A stretch of 63,283 nucleotides of DNA, counting the filler, from Octopus bimaculoides (taxonomy: Eukaryota): the NCBI RefSeq assembly GCF_001194135.2. It is 5 parts of 4 records of this genome, joined end to end, with 100 filler letters (N's around TTAATTAATTAA, not from the genome) between each part and the next. Parts side by side here need not be neighbours in the genome. Positions count along the whole stretch, not along the records: positions 25,682 to 48,093 come from NC_068987.1; positions 48,194 to 62,004 come from NC_068997.1; 3 more parts are not named here. One strand, 5' to 3'. The position numbers were made by a program, and so were the translations under genes. This document shows positions 43,075-55,920 of this stretch, piece by piece. Position 1 is the stretch's first letter. Each line of letters begins with the position of its first letter. The notes beneath the pieces are model-generated. The model did no database searches, was not told the origin of the DNA, and was given only the letters and a program-made list of their open reading frames with translations.

Positions 43075-43540
43075 TAAGGCGGCGAGCTGGCAGAAACGTT
43101 AGCATGCCAGACGAAATGCTTAACGGTATTTCGTCTGTCTTTATGTTCTGAGTTCAAATTCCGCTGAGGTCGACTTTGATTTTCATCCTTTCGGGTTCGA
43201 TCTAATCGACTGGCCCCCTTCCCGCAAATTTCGGGCCTTGTGCCTAGTGTAGAAAAGAATATAAGATCTCCGTCAATTCATGGTTGGGACCAACGAATCG
43301 TACCCTTGTCTTGTGTGATTTTGAGACAACAGATCTCACAATATCGGTTTAAAACTTCGGCTTGAGACCAGATATTTCAGGGGAAAGGGTATATCGATTA
43401 TATCGATATCCAATACTTAACTGGAACTTATTTTATCGACCCCGACAGGATAAAAGGTAAAGTCGACCTTGGCGGAATTTGAACTCAGAACGTAAAGACG
43501 GATGAAATGCCGGGAAACATTTTGCTCTGCGTGCCACCTT
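43075..43540. mobile_element. Convergent pair of SINE family B copies (+ about 43075-43262, - about 43365-43540)
   Basis: The + copy has an internal deletion. The - copy contains aaggtaaagtcgaccttggcggaatttgaactcagaacgtaaagacg. Confidence 0.8.
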
Positions 43541-43805
43541 AAAAAAATTTCACTATATTGACATTACTTTAGTACCATTGACATAGAGCAGATAACTAGG
43601 GTTTGTGTACAAAAACTAATACGATTTGTAATACGACAGACATTATCAATTTATTTATAATGTCTTTTTTTTATGCATTTTCAGTGCATTCAAATAACAT
43701 CATTAAGGTACTTTCGAAATTGTTGCAGTGATGCGTTACGCTCGCACATACACATCTAGTCACTGTCTCTAACACCATTTACTTTTAAAAAAGATGAAAA
43801 ACATG

Positions 43806-44425
43806 TGTTCAACAGTGTTAGCTACTAAATTGCTGAAATTTTCATTCATGAGGTAACCGTTTTAAATCGGTACAAAACAATTGAGATATGACTACAAAGG
43901 ATACAGGCTTTTGAAAGATATCTCGCAGAAGTTAAATAAATACAATAAAAAAAATGAAAACTGAAAAAAGAAAAAAAAATGGTCGTAAAGTGCTGTTGGA
44001 TGAATTCTTAATGTTCAAAGAACAAGTATGGAAGAATGAAACTATTATGTTTGTTAATTCATTTGCAAGTGTTTCGTGAATTTCCAAGTAATCGGAAAAA
44101 GACTTTCAGTTTCTGCGTGTCGATTCTTAAGGTAGAAAGTGAAAGCTTTTTTCTATTGGAAGTTATCGAAAACACTTGGAAATGAACAAACGGACATAAT
44201 ACTTTCATTCCATAACACTTTTCCTTTGAACATAAAAGGACTCATCCTACAGCAACTCGCCACCATTTTTTCAGAGCGTGTTCGTATTGTTTCTTTTTTT
44301 TTTTCAAAATATTTTTGAAAATCCCGTATCTGTTTTTGTATTGTATCAATAGTTTTGTAAAGATTCAAAGTGGCTACTCAACAAATGGAAATATTGAACA
44401 ATTTATCACCCAACATTGTTGTACA
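43806..44425. repeat. About 620-bp diverged palindrome (fold-back element)
   Basis: Arms at about 43806-44116 and 44132-44425 align as reverse complements along their length, e.g. aatggtcgtaaagtgctgttggatgaattcttaatgttcaaag vs aatggtggcgagttgctgtaggatgagtccttttatgttcaaag. Confidence 0.8.
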
Positions 44426-46074
44426 AGCTCTTACAAGCGAACAGCGGTATTGTAATGACAAGCAATATGCATCTGGTCCATAACATATCATTATAACTAT
44501 TTTCAATAGTTTCCATAAGTGAAGCACCGTATTTCTACAATAATCTAAACTGCCAATATCTATCGTATTTCAAATAGTATCAGTCTTTGTATGCTAAACC
44601 ACACTGACGTATCCTATGACAATATGTAACATTGGTACTGAAATAGAATTGATATCGTCGTAAAATTTGTTCCACAGAAATTTCAAAGACAGATTGTAAC
44701 TCAGTTGTCCCAATCATGAGCTCCATATTGACAGAAAAAAAATATTAATTGGTTGAATTCTACGATAGCACCAATACAAAGGATGACTTCAAGTTCCCGA
44801 CTCAATTGCAGAGATTTTGGCAGTGAACGGCGATTATCAGCAACGCTGCATCTGGATAAACTGTATTTGATGAGGAGTGGTGAGGCTCTACTAATCTAGC
44901 CGACTTTAATCATTTCCATGAAACTATAAATCCCTTCTGTGCACTAATAACATTGGAGCTTTCTGGACACGTTTAAATAGACCGATGAAACGTTACTTAA
45001 TTAGCAACATGAATTGTTCACGTGTGTACAAGATATTGTATCCAGAAACTTACAACATATCTCATGATTAAGATGGCTGAATTATCAGAACTCCGGATAA
45101 AATGCGTGGCAGCATTTCTTCCAGACTGACGTTCTGATATCAAATTTTGCAGAGCTCATCTTTGCATTTCAACGTTTCATGGGCAAGAGAATAAGCATCA
45201 ATTGAACACTTGATCAATGGAATTGACTTTACCCATTCCCATCAGAACTGCTGGCCTTGTGCCAAAGTTGGAAAAAATCGTAACATTTGATAAAACTATC
45301 GTTAATTATAAACTCATTTTTAATCAAACTACTCATGTCTATACTCAATTTCTTAGAAACAAATTTCATTTGTTTGAGAGAATATTTCCATATATTTTTT
45401 ACCAGCAAGTTCAAAAATATACATATCCACCCCACAAAAAGAATAATAACTAAATAAAAAATAAAGAATAACATTTAGAAATCCAAAATATTTACAATGT
45501 GAGCGGATGTTTGAATGCAAAATGGCTTCCAGAAAATCATTCCTTATATATTTTTTCATGTGACAGCGAGTGTATTACGTAAAAAATTATATACTGTTAA
45601 TGGCCGAATAGATTCTTCCCAATATGGATCATATCAAATGCTTGAACTATGTTTGTGAATACAAAAAAATCTTGCTTGTTACTATAGGCTATTACGACCT
45701 GGTTGTAGAATATAACAAAACGTTTGGACTTAGAAGAATGTATTATTTATATTTATTAGGTAAACGAAAAGTAGTTTACAGTTATACATATATGTGAGCA
45801 AGTGCACACATGAAAAACTACAATCACAAGCAAGACGCGCTCTAGCACCAAACACATTAATGATTCTCATTTACATTGTATTTACTGTTTTATGCCGACA
45901 AAGTTTAGAATTGACTTTTCGAGGTAAAGTTTTACGGCAAGGGGCTCTTCCTGACATCAATTCTTTTAGCCTAAACTAAGATAACGCTCTCTCTCTTTTT
46001 CTATTATATACATATATGCATACATACTTACATACACAAGTGCACGCGCGCACGCACACACACACACGCGCGCG

Positions 46075-46104
<30 letters not shown>

Positions 46105-46106
<2 letters not shown>

Positions 46107-46312
46107 TTCTTATATTCTTTTCAGTTATTAAACTGCAGCCATGGTGGAGCGGTGCCTAGAAGAATTTTAGTCGAAAGAATTGACCCTGATACATTTTTTA
46201 AGAGCCTGGTACTTATTGTATCGGTGTCTTTCGCCGAACTGCTATGTTACTGGAAGTAAATACATCAACACCGGTTTTCAAGCGATGGTGGAGACAAACA
46301 CAAACGCAAAGA

Positions 46313-46347
<35 letters not shown>

Positions 46348-46465
46348 CTATGGGATTCTTTCAGTATCCGTCAACACACGGGCTTGGTCGGAACGAGGGT
46401 ATAGTAGCAGACACTTACCCAAGGAACCATGTGATTTCGATGCAAACGCTTTACCTCGCAGCCAC
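46105..46465 (-). mobile_element. SINE family A, diverged
   Basis: Same block order as 5654-6048, with an internal (CA)n. Confidence 0.75.
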
Positions 46466-46877
46466 GCCTGCATGCTTGTAATGAGGAAGTCAAACCAAAC
46501 AGTAATATTTTGAAATCATATTAATACGTGCGTTTCATGTTTGCGTAATATATAAGAGGAAATGTATCCATTACGTAAACCTTCGTCAGTTAAAGCATAT
46601 ACATAAACATATATATGCGCATACGTTTTTACATACATGTTGGTATATAAATACATACATACATACATACATACATATGCGTATATATTTTTGCGTGTAT
46701 GTGCTACTGTACATAATGTATGGCTTGCAGCATGCCATAAACGTCAGGAATACAAGCATGTACTTGTCCAATAATAAATTATACTTCTCCCGATCTATCT
46801 ATCTATCTATCTATCTATCTATTTATGATTTAATATAATATAATATATTATAATATAATATAATATAATATAATATA

Positions 46878-46913
<36 letters not shown>

Positions 46914-47898
46914 TACACACATAGGCATATACATATATTCATACATATACATGTACACAAAAGCATTCACGCACACACACACACAGACACACACACACAA
47001 ACACACACACACACACTTACATTCCCTTGTTTCAGAGTACAATCTACAATCACTTGTACAAGCTGTCATTCCAAATATGGATATAAGCTTATATTTCCCT
47101 ACATACATACAGATAGATTATCGGCAACTAGTTCTTGTAATAACACCACAAAAGTAGTAGGATATTATTGAAAAATATTCGTAATAACCAACCAGCTTGT
47201 GTATATAAATATNNNNNNNNNNNNNNNNNNNNNNNNNNNNNNNNNNNNNNNNNNNNNNNNNNNNNNNNNNNNNNNNNNNNNNNNNNNNNNNNNNNNNNNN
47301 NNNNNNNNNNNNNNNNNNNNNNNNNNNNNNNNNNNNNNNNNNNNNNNNNNNNNNNNNNNNNNNNNTATATATATATATATATATATATTGTCCGTCATTT
47401 ATTCAACATGTCTGTTTGTCGTTCGAATCTCCACATGCATTTTTCGTCACTCGTTTTCTCTTTCTATCTCAATCACACTTTCGTCTTTCTTCCCTCTGCA
47501 TTGCTCCCGTCAAATACTTCCATAAATTCTCATTTTCGTTCGGTTTCACTGTAGAATTTTATAAAGCTTTTATCGAATTTCATACATGTGTTATAAATTC
47601 CAAATGGAAACCTGAACAATATCCACGGCAACGATCTACAAGTTCTCTCTCTCTCTCTCTCCTTCTCTCGCACATACACACGCTCTCTGGTTCTCGGTTT
47701 CTCCCCCACCTCACTCACTTTTTCTATCTCTCTACTCATCTCATTCTTTCTCTCTCTCACAAACATCCATTCATCCACATACACACACGCACACTCACAC
47801 ACATACATACAGATACATATACACACACGTACACGTACAACCGCAGCTCACACACTCATGTACACTTGTACTTACGCGAATATGTATGTATTTGTCTA

Positions 47899-47954
<56 letters not shown>

Positions 47955-47971
47955 CATCTATCTATCTATCC

Positions 47972-48015
<44 letters not shown>

Positions 48016-48214
48016 GTCTGTCTGTCTGTCTATCTATCTGTCTGTCTATCTCTCTGTCTCAGCATAGATGCATGCAAGCATATTCATACACACNNNNNNN
48101 NNNNNNNNNNNNNNNNNNNNNNNNNNNNNNNNNNNNNTTAATTAATTAANNNNNNNNNNNNNNNNNNNNNNNNNNNNNNNNNNNNNNNNNNNNCTCTCTC
48201 TCTCTCTCTCTCTT

Positions 48215-48415
48215 GCCCGATGGATTTTGTAGGACATTTCTAGGGAGCAAAGTAAAACTCATCGTGATACAACCCTATGGACACCCGGCAAGGTTAACGA
48301 CGGGTCAGTGGTCTTTTAGGAAGGTTCATCGATCAACCCAGTACGGATCAGGGATGTTACCTTACTCTCCGGCCTAAAGAATGCTACGCAGGACCGTGCC
48401 GCGTGGCACGATTCC
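48215..48415 (+). pseudogene. Decayed RTE-clade LINE 3' ORF fragment
   Basis: Frameshifted pieces MDFVGHF*, KLIVIQP, GRFIDQPSTDQG and LKNATQDRAAWHD resemble RTE C-terminal motifs RxAGHxxR, LLLWQP, YIDQLxxDTG and LxxAMxDRxxW. Confidence 0.5.
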
Positions 48416-48621
48416 AGATGGGAAAATCTGAGCAAGTTTGAACAGAGAAAACCTTGCAATTCACATGCTACATGTGCGTATGTGCTTGCGTGCGTTTGTG
48501 AATGTGTGCATATGTGCGTGTGTATTGAGTGTTCGTCTTCTCATGCGGTCTAAATGCTTTCAAAGATTATTGCAATAAACAATACGAAAAGTAACTTTAA
48601 AAAGAAGACTGAGTCTTGAAT

Positions 48622-48770
48622 ACATTTGATTCCGTCCAAGGGTCAATACCAAATACGTCCATCTGCTTCTCTCCAAAATGCAATACTAAACACGTCCATT
48701 TGATTCTGTCCAGATGTCAACACCAAACACATCAATTTGCTCTCGACATTTCCCTCCCAAACATCATGTT
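48622..48770. repeat. 37-bp minisatellite, 3 clear copies plus 1 decayed
   Basis: Minus-strand units gatgtgtttggtgttgacatctggacagaatcaaatg / gacgtgtttagtattgcattttggagagaagcagatg / gacgtatttggtattgacccttggacggaatcaaatg. Confidence 0.7.
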
Positions 48771-48990
48771 GGTGTTATTTTTCCCTTTTAAGTTTTTTTC
48801 CCACGAGTAAATACATATTTGAAAAATTCTATGGAAACTATTTCGCTGTTGTTGCTGTTGCTGGTGGTGATTGAGTGGAAGCATTTCCGGCGGAAATAAG
48901 GAATATTCCAACGACATTCTTCCAAATCTCGAAAGTGATTGGATCACTCACTCACAGTCTATCTCTCTTTATCTCTTACTTGTCCATTCG

Positions 48991-49096
<106 letters not shown>

Positions 49097-50140
49097 GCTT
49101 ATGCATGTACGTTGCATATGACATGTATATATAAATATATATATTCATACATATACATATATATATACATATATATATNNNNNNNNNNNNNNNNNNNNNN
49201 NNNNNNNNNNNNNNNNNNNNNNNNNNNNNNNNNNNNNNNNNNNNNNNNNNNNNNNNNNNNNNNNNNNNNNNNNNNNNNNNNNNNNNNNNNNNNNNNNNNN
49301 NNNNNNNNNNNNNNNNNNNNNNNNNNNNNNNNNNNNNNNNNNNNNNNNNNNNNNNNNNNNNNNNNNNNNNNNNNNNNNNNNNNNNNNNNNNNNNNNNNNN
49401 NNNNNNNNNNNNNNNNNNNNNNNNNNNNNNNNNNNNNNNNNNNNNNNNNNNNNNNNNNNNNNNNNNNNNNNNNNNNNNNNNNNNNNNNNNNNNNNNNNNN
49501 NNNNNNNNNNNNNNNNNNNNNNNNNNNNNNNNNNNNNNNNNNNNNNNNNNNNNNNNNNNNNNNNNNNNNNNNNNNNNNNNNNNNNNNNNNNNNNNNNNNN
49601 NNNNNNNNNNNNNNNNNNNNNNNNNNNNNNNNNNNNNNNNNNNNNNNNNNNNNNNNNNNNNNNNNNNNNNNNNNNNNNNNNNNNNNNNNNNNNNNNNNNN
49701 TATATGTATATATATATACTTATAGCCTCACGTATACGCAATAAACACGACTCGCGTATGTTTATATGAATGTACACATGTGTATAGATATACACATTTT
49801 ACAAACAGACACACAGACAGACACACAGACACCGGTCGAGAGAGAATTTGCAATCTATACAATATGTTTGAAAAGATTTATGATGGAAATTGCCCGGTAC
49901 ACTTATACAAATATAAATATAAACACACACGTACGAATATGTGTGTATATATAGATATAGGTGTATTTCGTTTGTATGTATGTATGTATGTATGTATGTA
50001 TGTATGTATGTATGTACGTGTGTATATATCAACTGGTCCCTTAATTCTGGTCAATTTGCATCAATAAAGCAGCTGTAAACACTTAAGTAAAAATTTACTT
50101 CCGCACCAATTGAAAATGTGTGTACGTGTTTGTGTGCAAA

Positions 50141-50174
<34 letters not shown>

Positions 50175-50234
50175 NNNNNNNNNNNNNNNNNNNNNNNNNN
50201 NNNNNNNNNNNNNNNNNNNNNNTTTTCTATAATG

Positions 50235-50880
50235 TTATTCAATAAAGCCACCTTCAGCTTCAACTACTGCTTCTATATGCGATCTAACTCATTGACATGC
50301 TCGAATCAAATGGTCCTGATTCATTTTGGTCATTACTCTGACTATGACAGCGTTCATGGAATCTTTAGTGTTCATTGACCTCTCTCTCAACAACGCTCCA
50401 CATGTAATAGTTCAATGGATTGAGATCTGGGGAATTAGAAGGCCAAATGTTAGGGGTCATGTGATCATGAAAAGTTTCAGCCATCCATTCCTGTGTTACT
50501 AGAGCCATGTGTGATAGTGCAGAGGATGGCTTTCTACTGCATACACAGTCCAGGGCTTTACAATTATTTCCAGGACCTCAATGTAGGCGGCAGAGTTAAC
50601 TCTAAGGCCTTGTGGAAAGAAGTAAGGAGGCATCACATGTCCTTCATTCCTGACAGCCCCTAAAACTATGAGAGTTGCAGGAAATTTTGTATGCATAACA
50701 CTTGGAACTTCAGAAGGGTCTGCACATAACCATCTGCTATTTCTTCTGTTAACCTTTTGATCTTAGTCGAAGTTGTTTTCGTTTGAGAAAAACCAAATCA
50801 AATCTTCTTCTGCTGGATTTTTCAGTTTGTTTAAGAGCCTTTTAGATCTGATGTAGTGATTTTCTTTGTGTGTTTGTTAT
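50235..50880 (-). pseudogene. Decayed Tc1/mariner-superfamily transposase, DD37D (maT-like)
   Basis: Minus-strand pieces: ENHYIRSKRLLNKLKNPAEEDLIWFFS(N)ENNFD*DQKVNRRNSRWLCADPSEVPSVMHTKFPATLIVLGAVRNEGHVMPPYFFPQGLRVNSAAYIEVLEIIVKPW / SALSHMALVTQEWMAETFHDHMTPNIWPSNSPDLNPL(N)YYMWSVVERE / ...EAVVEAEGGFIE*. 37 residues lie between the position of the deleted 2nd Asp and the 3rd Asp (now Asn). Stops and frameshifts are present. Confidence 0.88.
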
Positions 50881-51016
50881 CCGAAGTGTACAGTATTATA
50901 TATCCCTCATGGACACTTCGGATAATACACCCACTCTATTGACAAATATAAGAGTGCATCTTTTTCCTGACTTATAGAACTTTAGACGACTTACGCACGT
51001 ATATATATATATATAT

Positions 51017-51053
51017 TCTTTCTGTTGAAGAGCGTAGCTCGAAACGTCAAAGA
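51017..51053 (+). ncRNA. Minimal hammerhead ribozyme motif, second family, one core substitution (A6 to U)
   Basis: TCTTT-CTGTTGA-A-GAGC(gta)GCTC-GAAA-CG-TC-AAAGA. Stem I is a perfect 5 bp, stem II is 4 bp, the triplet is GUC, and the core reads CTGTTGA instead of CTGATGA. Confidence 0.6.
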
Positions 51054-51670
51054 CTTTCCGTATTCCCGAGCGTCATACTAATATATACTTTTGTTATTTA
51101 CACCACCTGTCCTCGTCTGTTGTTATTATTTGTATATTCTCCCATATATATATATATATATATATANNNNNNNNNNNNNNNNNNNNNNNNNNNNNNNNNN
51201 NNNNNNNNNNNNNNNNNNNNNNNNNNNNNNNNNNNNNNNNNNNNNNNNNNNNNNNNNNNNNNNNNNNNNNNNNNNNNNNNNNNNNNNNNNNNNNNNNNNN
51301 NNNNNNNNNNNNNNNNNNNNNNNNNNNNNNNNNNNNNNNNNNNNNNNNNNNNNNNNNNNNNNNNNNNNNNNNNNNNNNNNNNNNNNTATATATATATATA
51401 TATATGAATTCTTTAGATAGGTATCTATTATGTTATCTAAAATGTATTTAAATGCACTGATATAAAATGCCCACGATTTTCTTATGGAGTGATGTGATAC
51501 TATTTAAATGCTGTGCATTCATCTAGGACTTTGCGTCGTTGTCTTGCTGGAGAGCCAATCTAAGGAGACGAATTGACTGAGTTATATATACACAGATAAT
51601 AAAAACCATGAATAGAAAATGAAGCAAGACAACAAATGTATATTTTAATGCTGCAGCGGAATGGAACGAG

Positions 51671-51706
51671 TCTTGAAGTTTCAGATGATTGTCCTTCCCC
51701 AGAAGA
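51671..51706 (-). ncRNA. Degenerate hammerhead motif related to the 51017 family
   Basis: Minus strand TCTT-CTGGGGA-A-GGA(caatca)TCT-GAAA-CT-TC-AAGA. The downstream sequence (gactcgttccattccgctgcagcattaaaatatacatttgttg) resembles that after the 51017 copy (gactttccgtattcccgagcgtcatactaatatatacttttgtt). Confidence 0.4.
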
Positions 51707-52399
51707 AATGTGTTGAAAGGCAGTAAAAGAGGACGGTGAACAAAAAAAAATTGTTCGGAAGAAAAAAAATGGACGACGGGGATAAGGATCGGTTGGAAAT
51801 ATGGTTTTATTATTGAGTTCGGAACGGAGAAGGTGGTGTGTATGCATGCATTGAAATGAGTATAAAGAGGGATGTTTGTGCATATGTGTAGATGTGTGAA
51901 CGTGTAATGGAGTTAGATGGTGAGAATGTGGATGGTTATTTGGAATGTTTAAACATATTGTGTGCGAGGAAAGCGTATATATGTGTGTGTATGTGTGTGT
52001 GTGTGTGTGTGAGTTTGTGTGAGTGTGTGTGCATATTTATGTACATATATATATATGGACACATACATATACACATGCATACACACATTCATACGTACAA
52101 ATGTCTAAATAGTCCTCAAATGTGTCTGCATTGAAAGGAATAGTTGTCAAAATATGGCTTCCACGCAATCACTGATAAATTATTAAATAGCAAACATTTC
52201 TATTGTCGGCGTTTGTCCACAGATAGCAACACTTAAAGGTCACATTCAACAACAACAATCACTACTACTACTGCTGCTACTGCTGCTACTGCAGCTGCTA
52301 ATGTTGATGATGATTATGCTATTACTACTTCTACTACTACTGTTGTTGCTACTGCCACTGCTACTAATGATGATGATGCTCCTCCTCCTCCTCCTCCTC

Positions 52400-52439
<40 letters not shown>

Positions 52440-53370
52440 CCTGAGGACAACAACGACTTCTTACCCCTATCGCCGTATCAGGAGTTTATTTTTGGACTGG
52501 TGCACAAAGTCAAGCCGATCGACTCGTGTTGAATAATAAAAATAACAACAACAAAAATAACAATAATAATAATANNNNNNNNNNNNNNNNNNNNNNNNNN
52601 NNNNNNNNNNNNNNNNNNNNNNNNNNNNNNNNNNNNNNNNNNNNNNNNNNNNNNNNNNNNNNNNNNNNNNNNNNNNNNNNNNNNNNNNNNNNNNNNNNNN
52701 NNNNNNNNNNNNNNNNNNNNNNNNNNNNNNNNNNNNNNNNNNNNNNNNNNNNNNNNNNNNNNNNNNNNNNNNNNNNNNNNNNNNNNNNNNNNNNNNNNNN
52801 NNNNNNNNNNNNNNNNNNNNNNNNNNNNNNNNNNNNNNNNNNNNNNNNNNNNNNNNNNNNNNNNNNNNNNNNNNNNNNNNNNNNNNNNNNNNNNNNNNNN
52901 NNNNNNNNNNNNNNNNNNNNNNNNNNNNNNNNNNNNNNNNNNNNNNNNNNNNNNNNNNNNNNNNNNNNNNNNNNNNNNNNNNNNNNNNNNNNNNNNNNNN
53001 NNNNNNNNNNNNNNNNNNNNNNNNNNNNNNNNNNNNNNNNNNNNNNNNNNNNNNNNNNNNNNNNNNNNNNNNNNNNNNNNNNNNNNNNNNNNNNNNNNNN
53101 NNNNNNNNNNNNNNNNNNNNNNNNNNNNNNNNNNNNNNNNNNNNNNNNNNNNNNNNNNNNNNNNNNNNNNNNNNNNNNNNNNNNNNNNNNNNNNNNNNNN
53201 NNNNNNNNNNNNNNNNNNNNNNNNNNNNNNNNNNNNNNNNNNNNNNNNNNNNNNNNNNNNNNNNNNNNNNNNNNNNNNNNNNNNNNNNNNNNNNNNNNNN
53301 NNNNNNNNNNNNNNNNNNNNNNNNNNNNNNNNNNNNNNNNNNNNNNNNNNNNNNNNNNNNNNNNNNNTCG

Positions 53371-53401
<31 letters not shown>

Positions 53402-53439
53402 TATATTCATTTATATTTATATGCGCATGTATATGTATA

Positions 53440-53667
53440 TCTATCTGTGTGGTGTGTCTTGTTCACGTCTTTGTGTCCACCAACGCTTGACAGCCGCTGT
53501 TGGTGTGTTTATGTTCTCGTACTTTCGCAAAATATACCGATAGAATAAATATTTAGACTTTAATAGAAAGTAAGTGCTGGGGTCCCTCAATTCGACTAAG
53601 AATTCCTCAAGGTGGTACCCCACCATTGCCGCGGTGTAATTACTGAACCAAGTAAAAAGAAAAGATA
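53440..53667 (+). mobile_element. SINE family A, 3' half
   Basis: cgcttgacagccgctgttggtgtgtttatg..gatagaataa..ctggggtc..ctgaaccaagtaaaaaga. Confidence 0.7.
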
Positions 53668-53744
53668 AACTATGAGTATGTGTGTGTATATTTGTGTGTG
53701 GATGTGAATGTCTGTCTGTCTGTGTCTGTATATATGCATGTATG

Positions 53745-53778
<34 letters not shown>

Positions 53779-54397
53779 TGTATGTATATCATGCGTGTGT
53801 AATTGAGAGTAAATGGGATTAATTAATGGTGAATATTATTCTAGTTCGTTTCTTCAATAATGATAATATCTACTTGATAAACTTGTCTCTGTGTCAATGT
53901 CTGTTACGTTAGAATTGAAGGAGACAAGAACCGACCCTCGCGCAGCGCAGCATCGCCCCGTCCACTCCTCGGTTCCTTCGCTACAGACTCACAAATCCAT
54001 CATCAATGAACGTATGTAGAATTATGGGGATGAAGTGCGGGCGGTGGGACAGAGGGTGAAATCTTGTAAGCTTCGCCCCACTAAAAGGAAAGAGACTCAT
54101 GTAGCCGCCTTCGTAAGTCTTAACATATATATATATATATATATATATANNNNNNNNNNNNNNNNNNNNNNNNNNNNNNNNNNNNNNNNNNNNNNNNNNN
54201 NNNNNNNNNNNNNNNNNNNNNNNNNNNNNNNNNNNNNNNNNNNNNNNNNNNNNNNNNNNNNNNNNNNNNNNNNNNNNNNNNNNNNNNNNNNNNNNNNNNN
54301 NNNNNNNNNNNNNNNNNNNNNNNNNNNNNNNNNATATATATATGTCTGTCTGTAATGAGACTTATAAAGAGCGGGACATGCTTTATCAGACGGAAAT

Positions 54398-54765
<368 letters not shown>

Positions 54766-55034
54766 AGGTGGGGGTAGGGGCTCGGGGACGTGTGATTTCC
54801 CTGTTTATTTCAATAATTTTGTCAGGACTAGACTCCTTAATTCAATTATCGCATCTTCGTCTTACGCAATTAACTCCCTTCCTCATTTCAACTGATTTAT
54901 CATCCGTATTACATCTCATCGTTTTTTTATGCATATATGTGTGTGTAGTATAGATATCTGCTCTTTTGCTTGTTCCAACCATTTGGCTGCGTGTGTATAT
55001 ATATAGATGTGTGTGTGAGAGAGAGAGAGAGTGC

Positions 55035-55066
<32 letters not shown>

Positions 55067-55073
55067 ATATGTG

Positions 55074-55105
<32 letters not shown>

Positions 55106-55920
55106 NNNNNNNNNNNNNNNNNNNNNNNNNNNNNNNNNNNNNNNNNNNNNNNNNNNNNNNNNNNNNNNNNNNNNNNNNNNNNNNNNNNNNNNNNNNNNNN
55201 NNNNNNNNNNNNNNNNNNNNNNNNNNNNNNNNNNNNNNNNNNNNNNNNNNNNNNNNNNNNNNNNNNNNNNNNNNNNNNNNNNNNNNNNNNNNNNNNNNNN
55301 NNNNNNNNNNNNNNNNNNNNNNNNNNNNNNNNNNNNNNNNNNNNNNNNNNNNNNNNNNNNNNNNNNNNNNNNNNNNNNNNNNNNNNNNNNNNNNNNNNNN
55401 NNNNNNNNNNNNNNNNNNNNNNNNNNNNNNNNNNNNNNNNNNNNNNNNNNNNNNNNNNNNNNNNNNNATATATGCACAAACAAATATATGTCTATGCATA
55501 TCTATGCACATATATATATACACACGTGTATGTACGTCAATATATGAATTGAATTTCTGGGTGTGTATAAAGACATATAGACAAAGAGTCAGACGACAGG
55601 AATTTGTTGTTCTTCATGTTGCAGTTGACGTTGCTATTGATGTGTTTTATTGTCAGCCACAAACAGACGCCCGTAACAGAGCTCCGCGAAAGACACTGCA
55701 GCCAATAAGACATGTTAACTTAATGAAACAAAATTGTTTTTCCTTGCGACATTGCCACAGGAACTGCTCAGTACTTTGGTGTTAAAAGGGATATAAGCCT
55801 CCATCGTATGCATTTTTATTGTATATACCTTTTTGTTTGCTTTTTGTTTTTGTTTTTTTTGTTTCGCTTTTCTTTTGATTTTTGTATGTTTGGTTTGTGA
55901 GGTTTATGTAAACATCAACA

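Noticed and set aside
44153-44368. 71-aa ORF with a KVLWNE string reminiscent of transposase
   Set aside because: It lies wholly within one arm of the 43806-44425 palindrome, and the other arm does not keep the frame.
55748-55768. Minus-strand SSSCGNV as a candidate downstream ATP5S exon
   Set aside because: The flanks (PFNTKVL before, ARKTILFH* after) do not fit the expected L..L.I.SCGNVTD.G context and no suitable acceptor is in phase. Likely chance.
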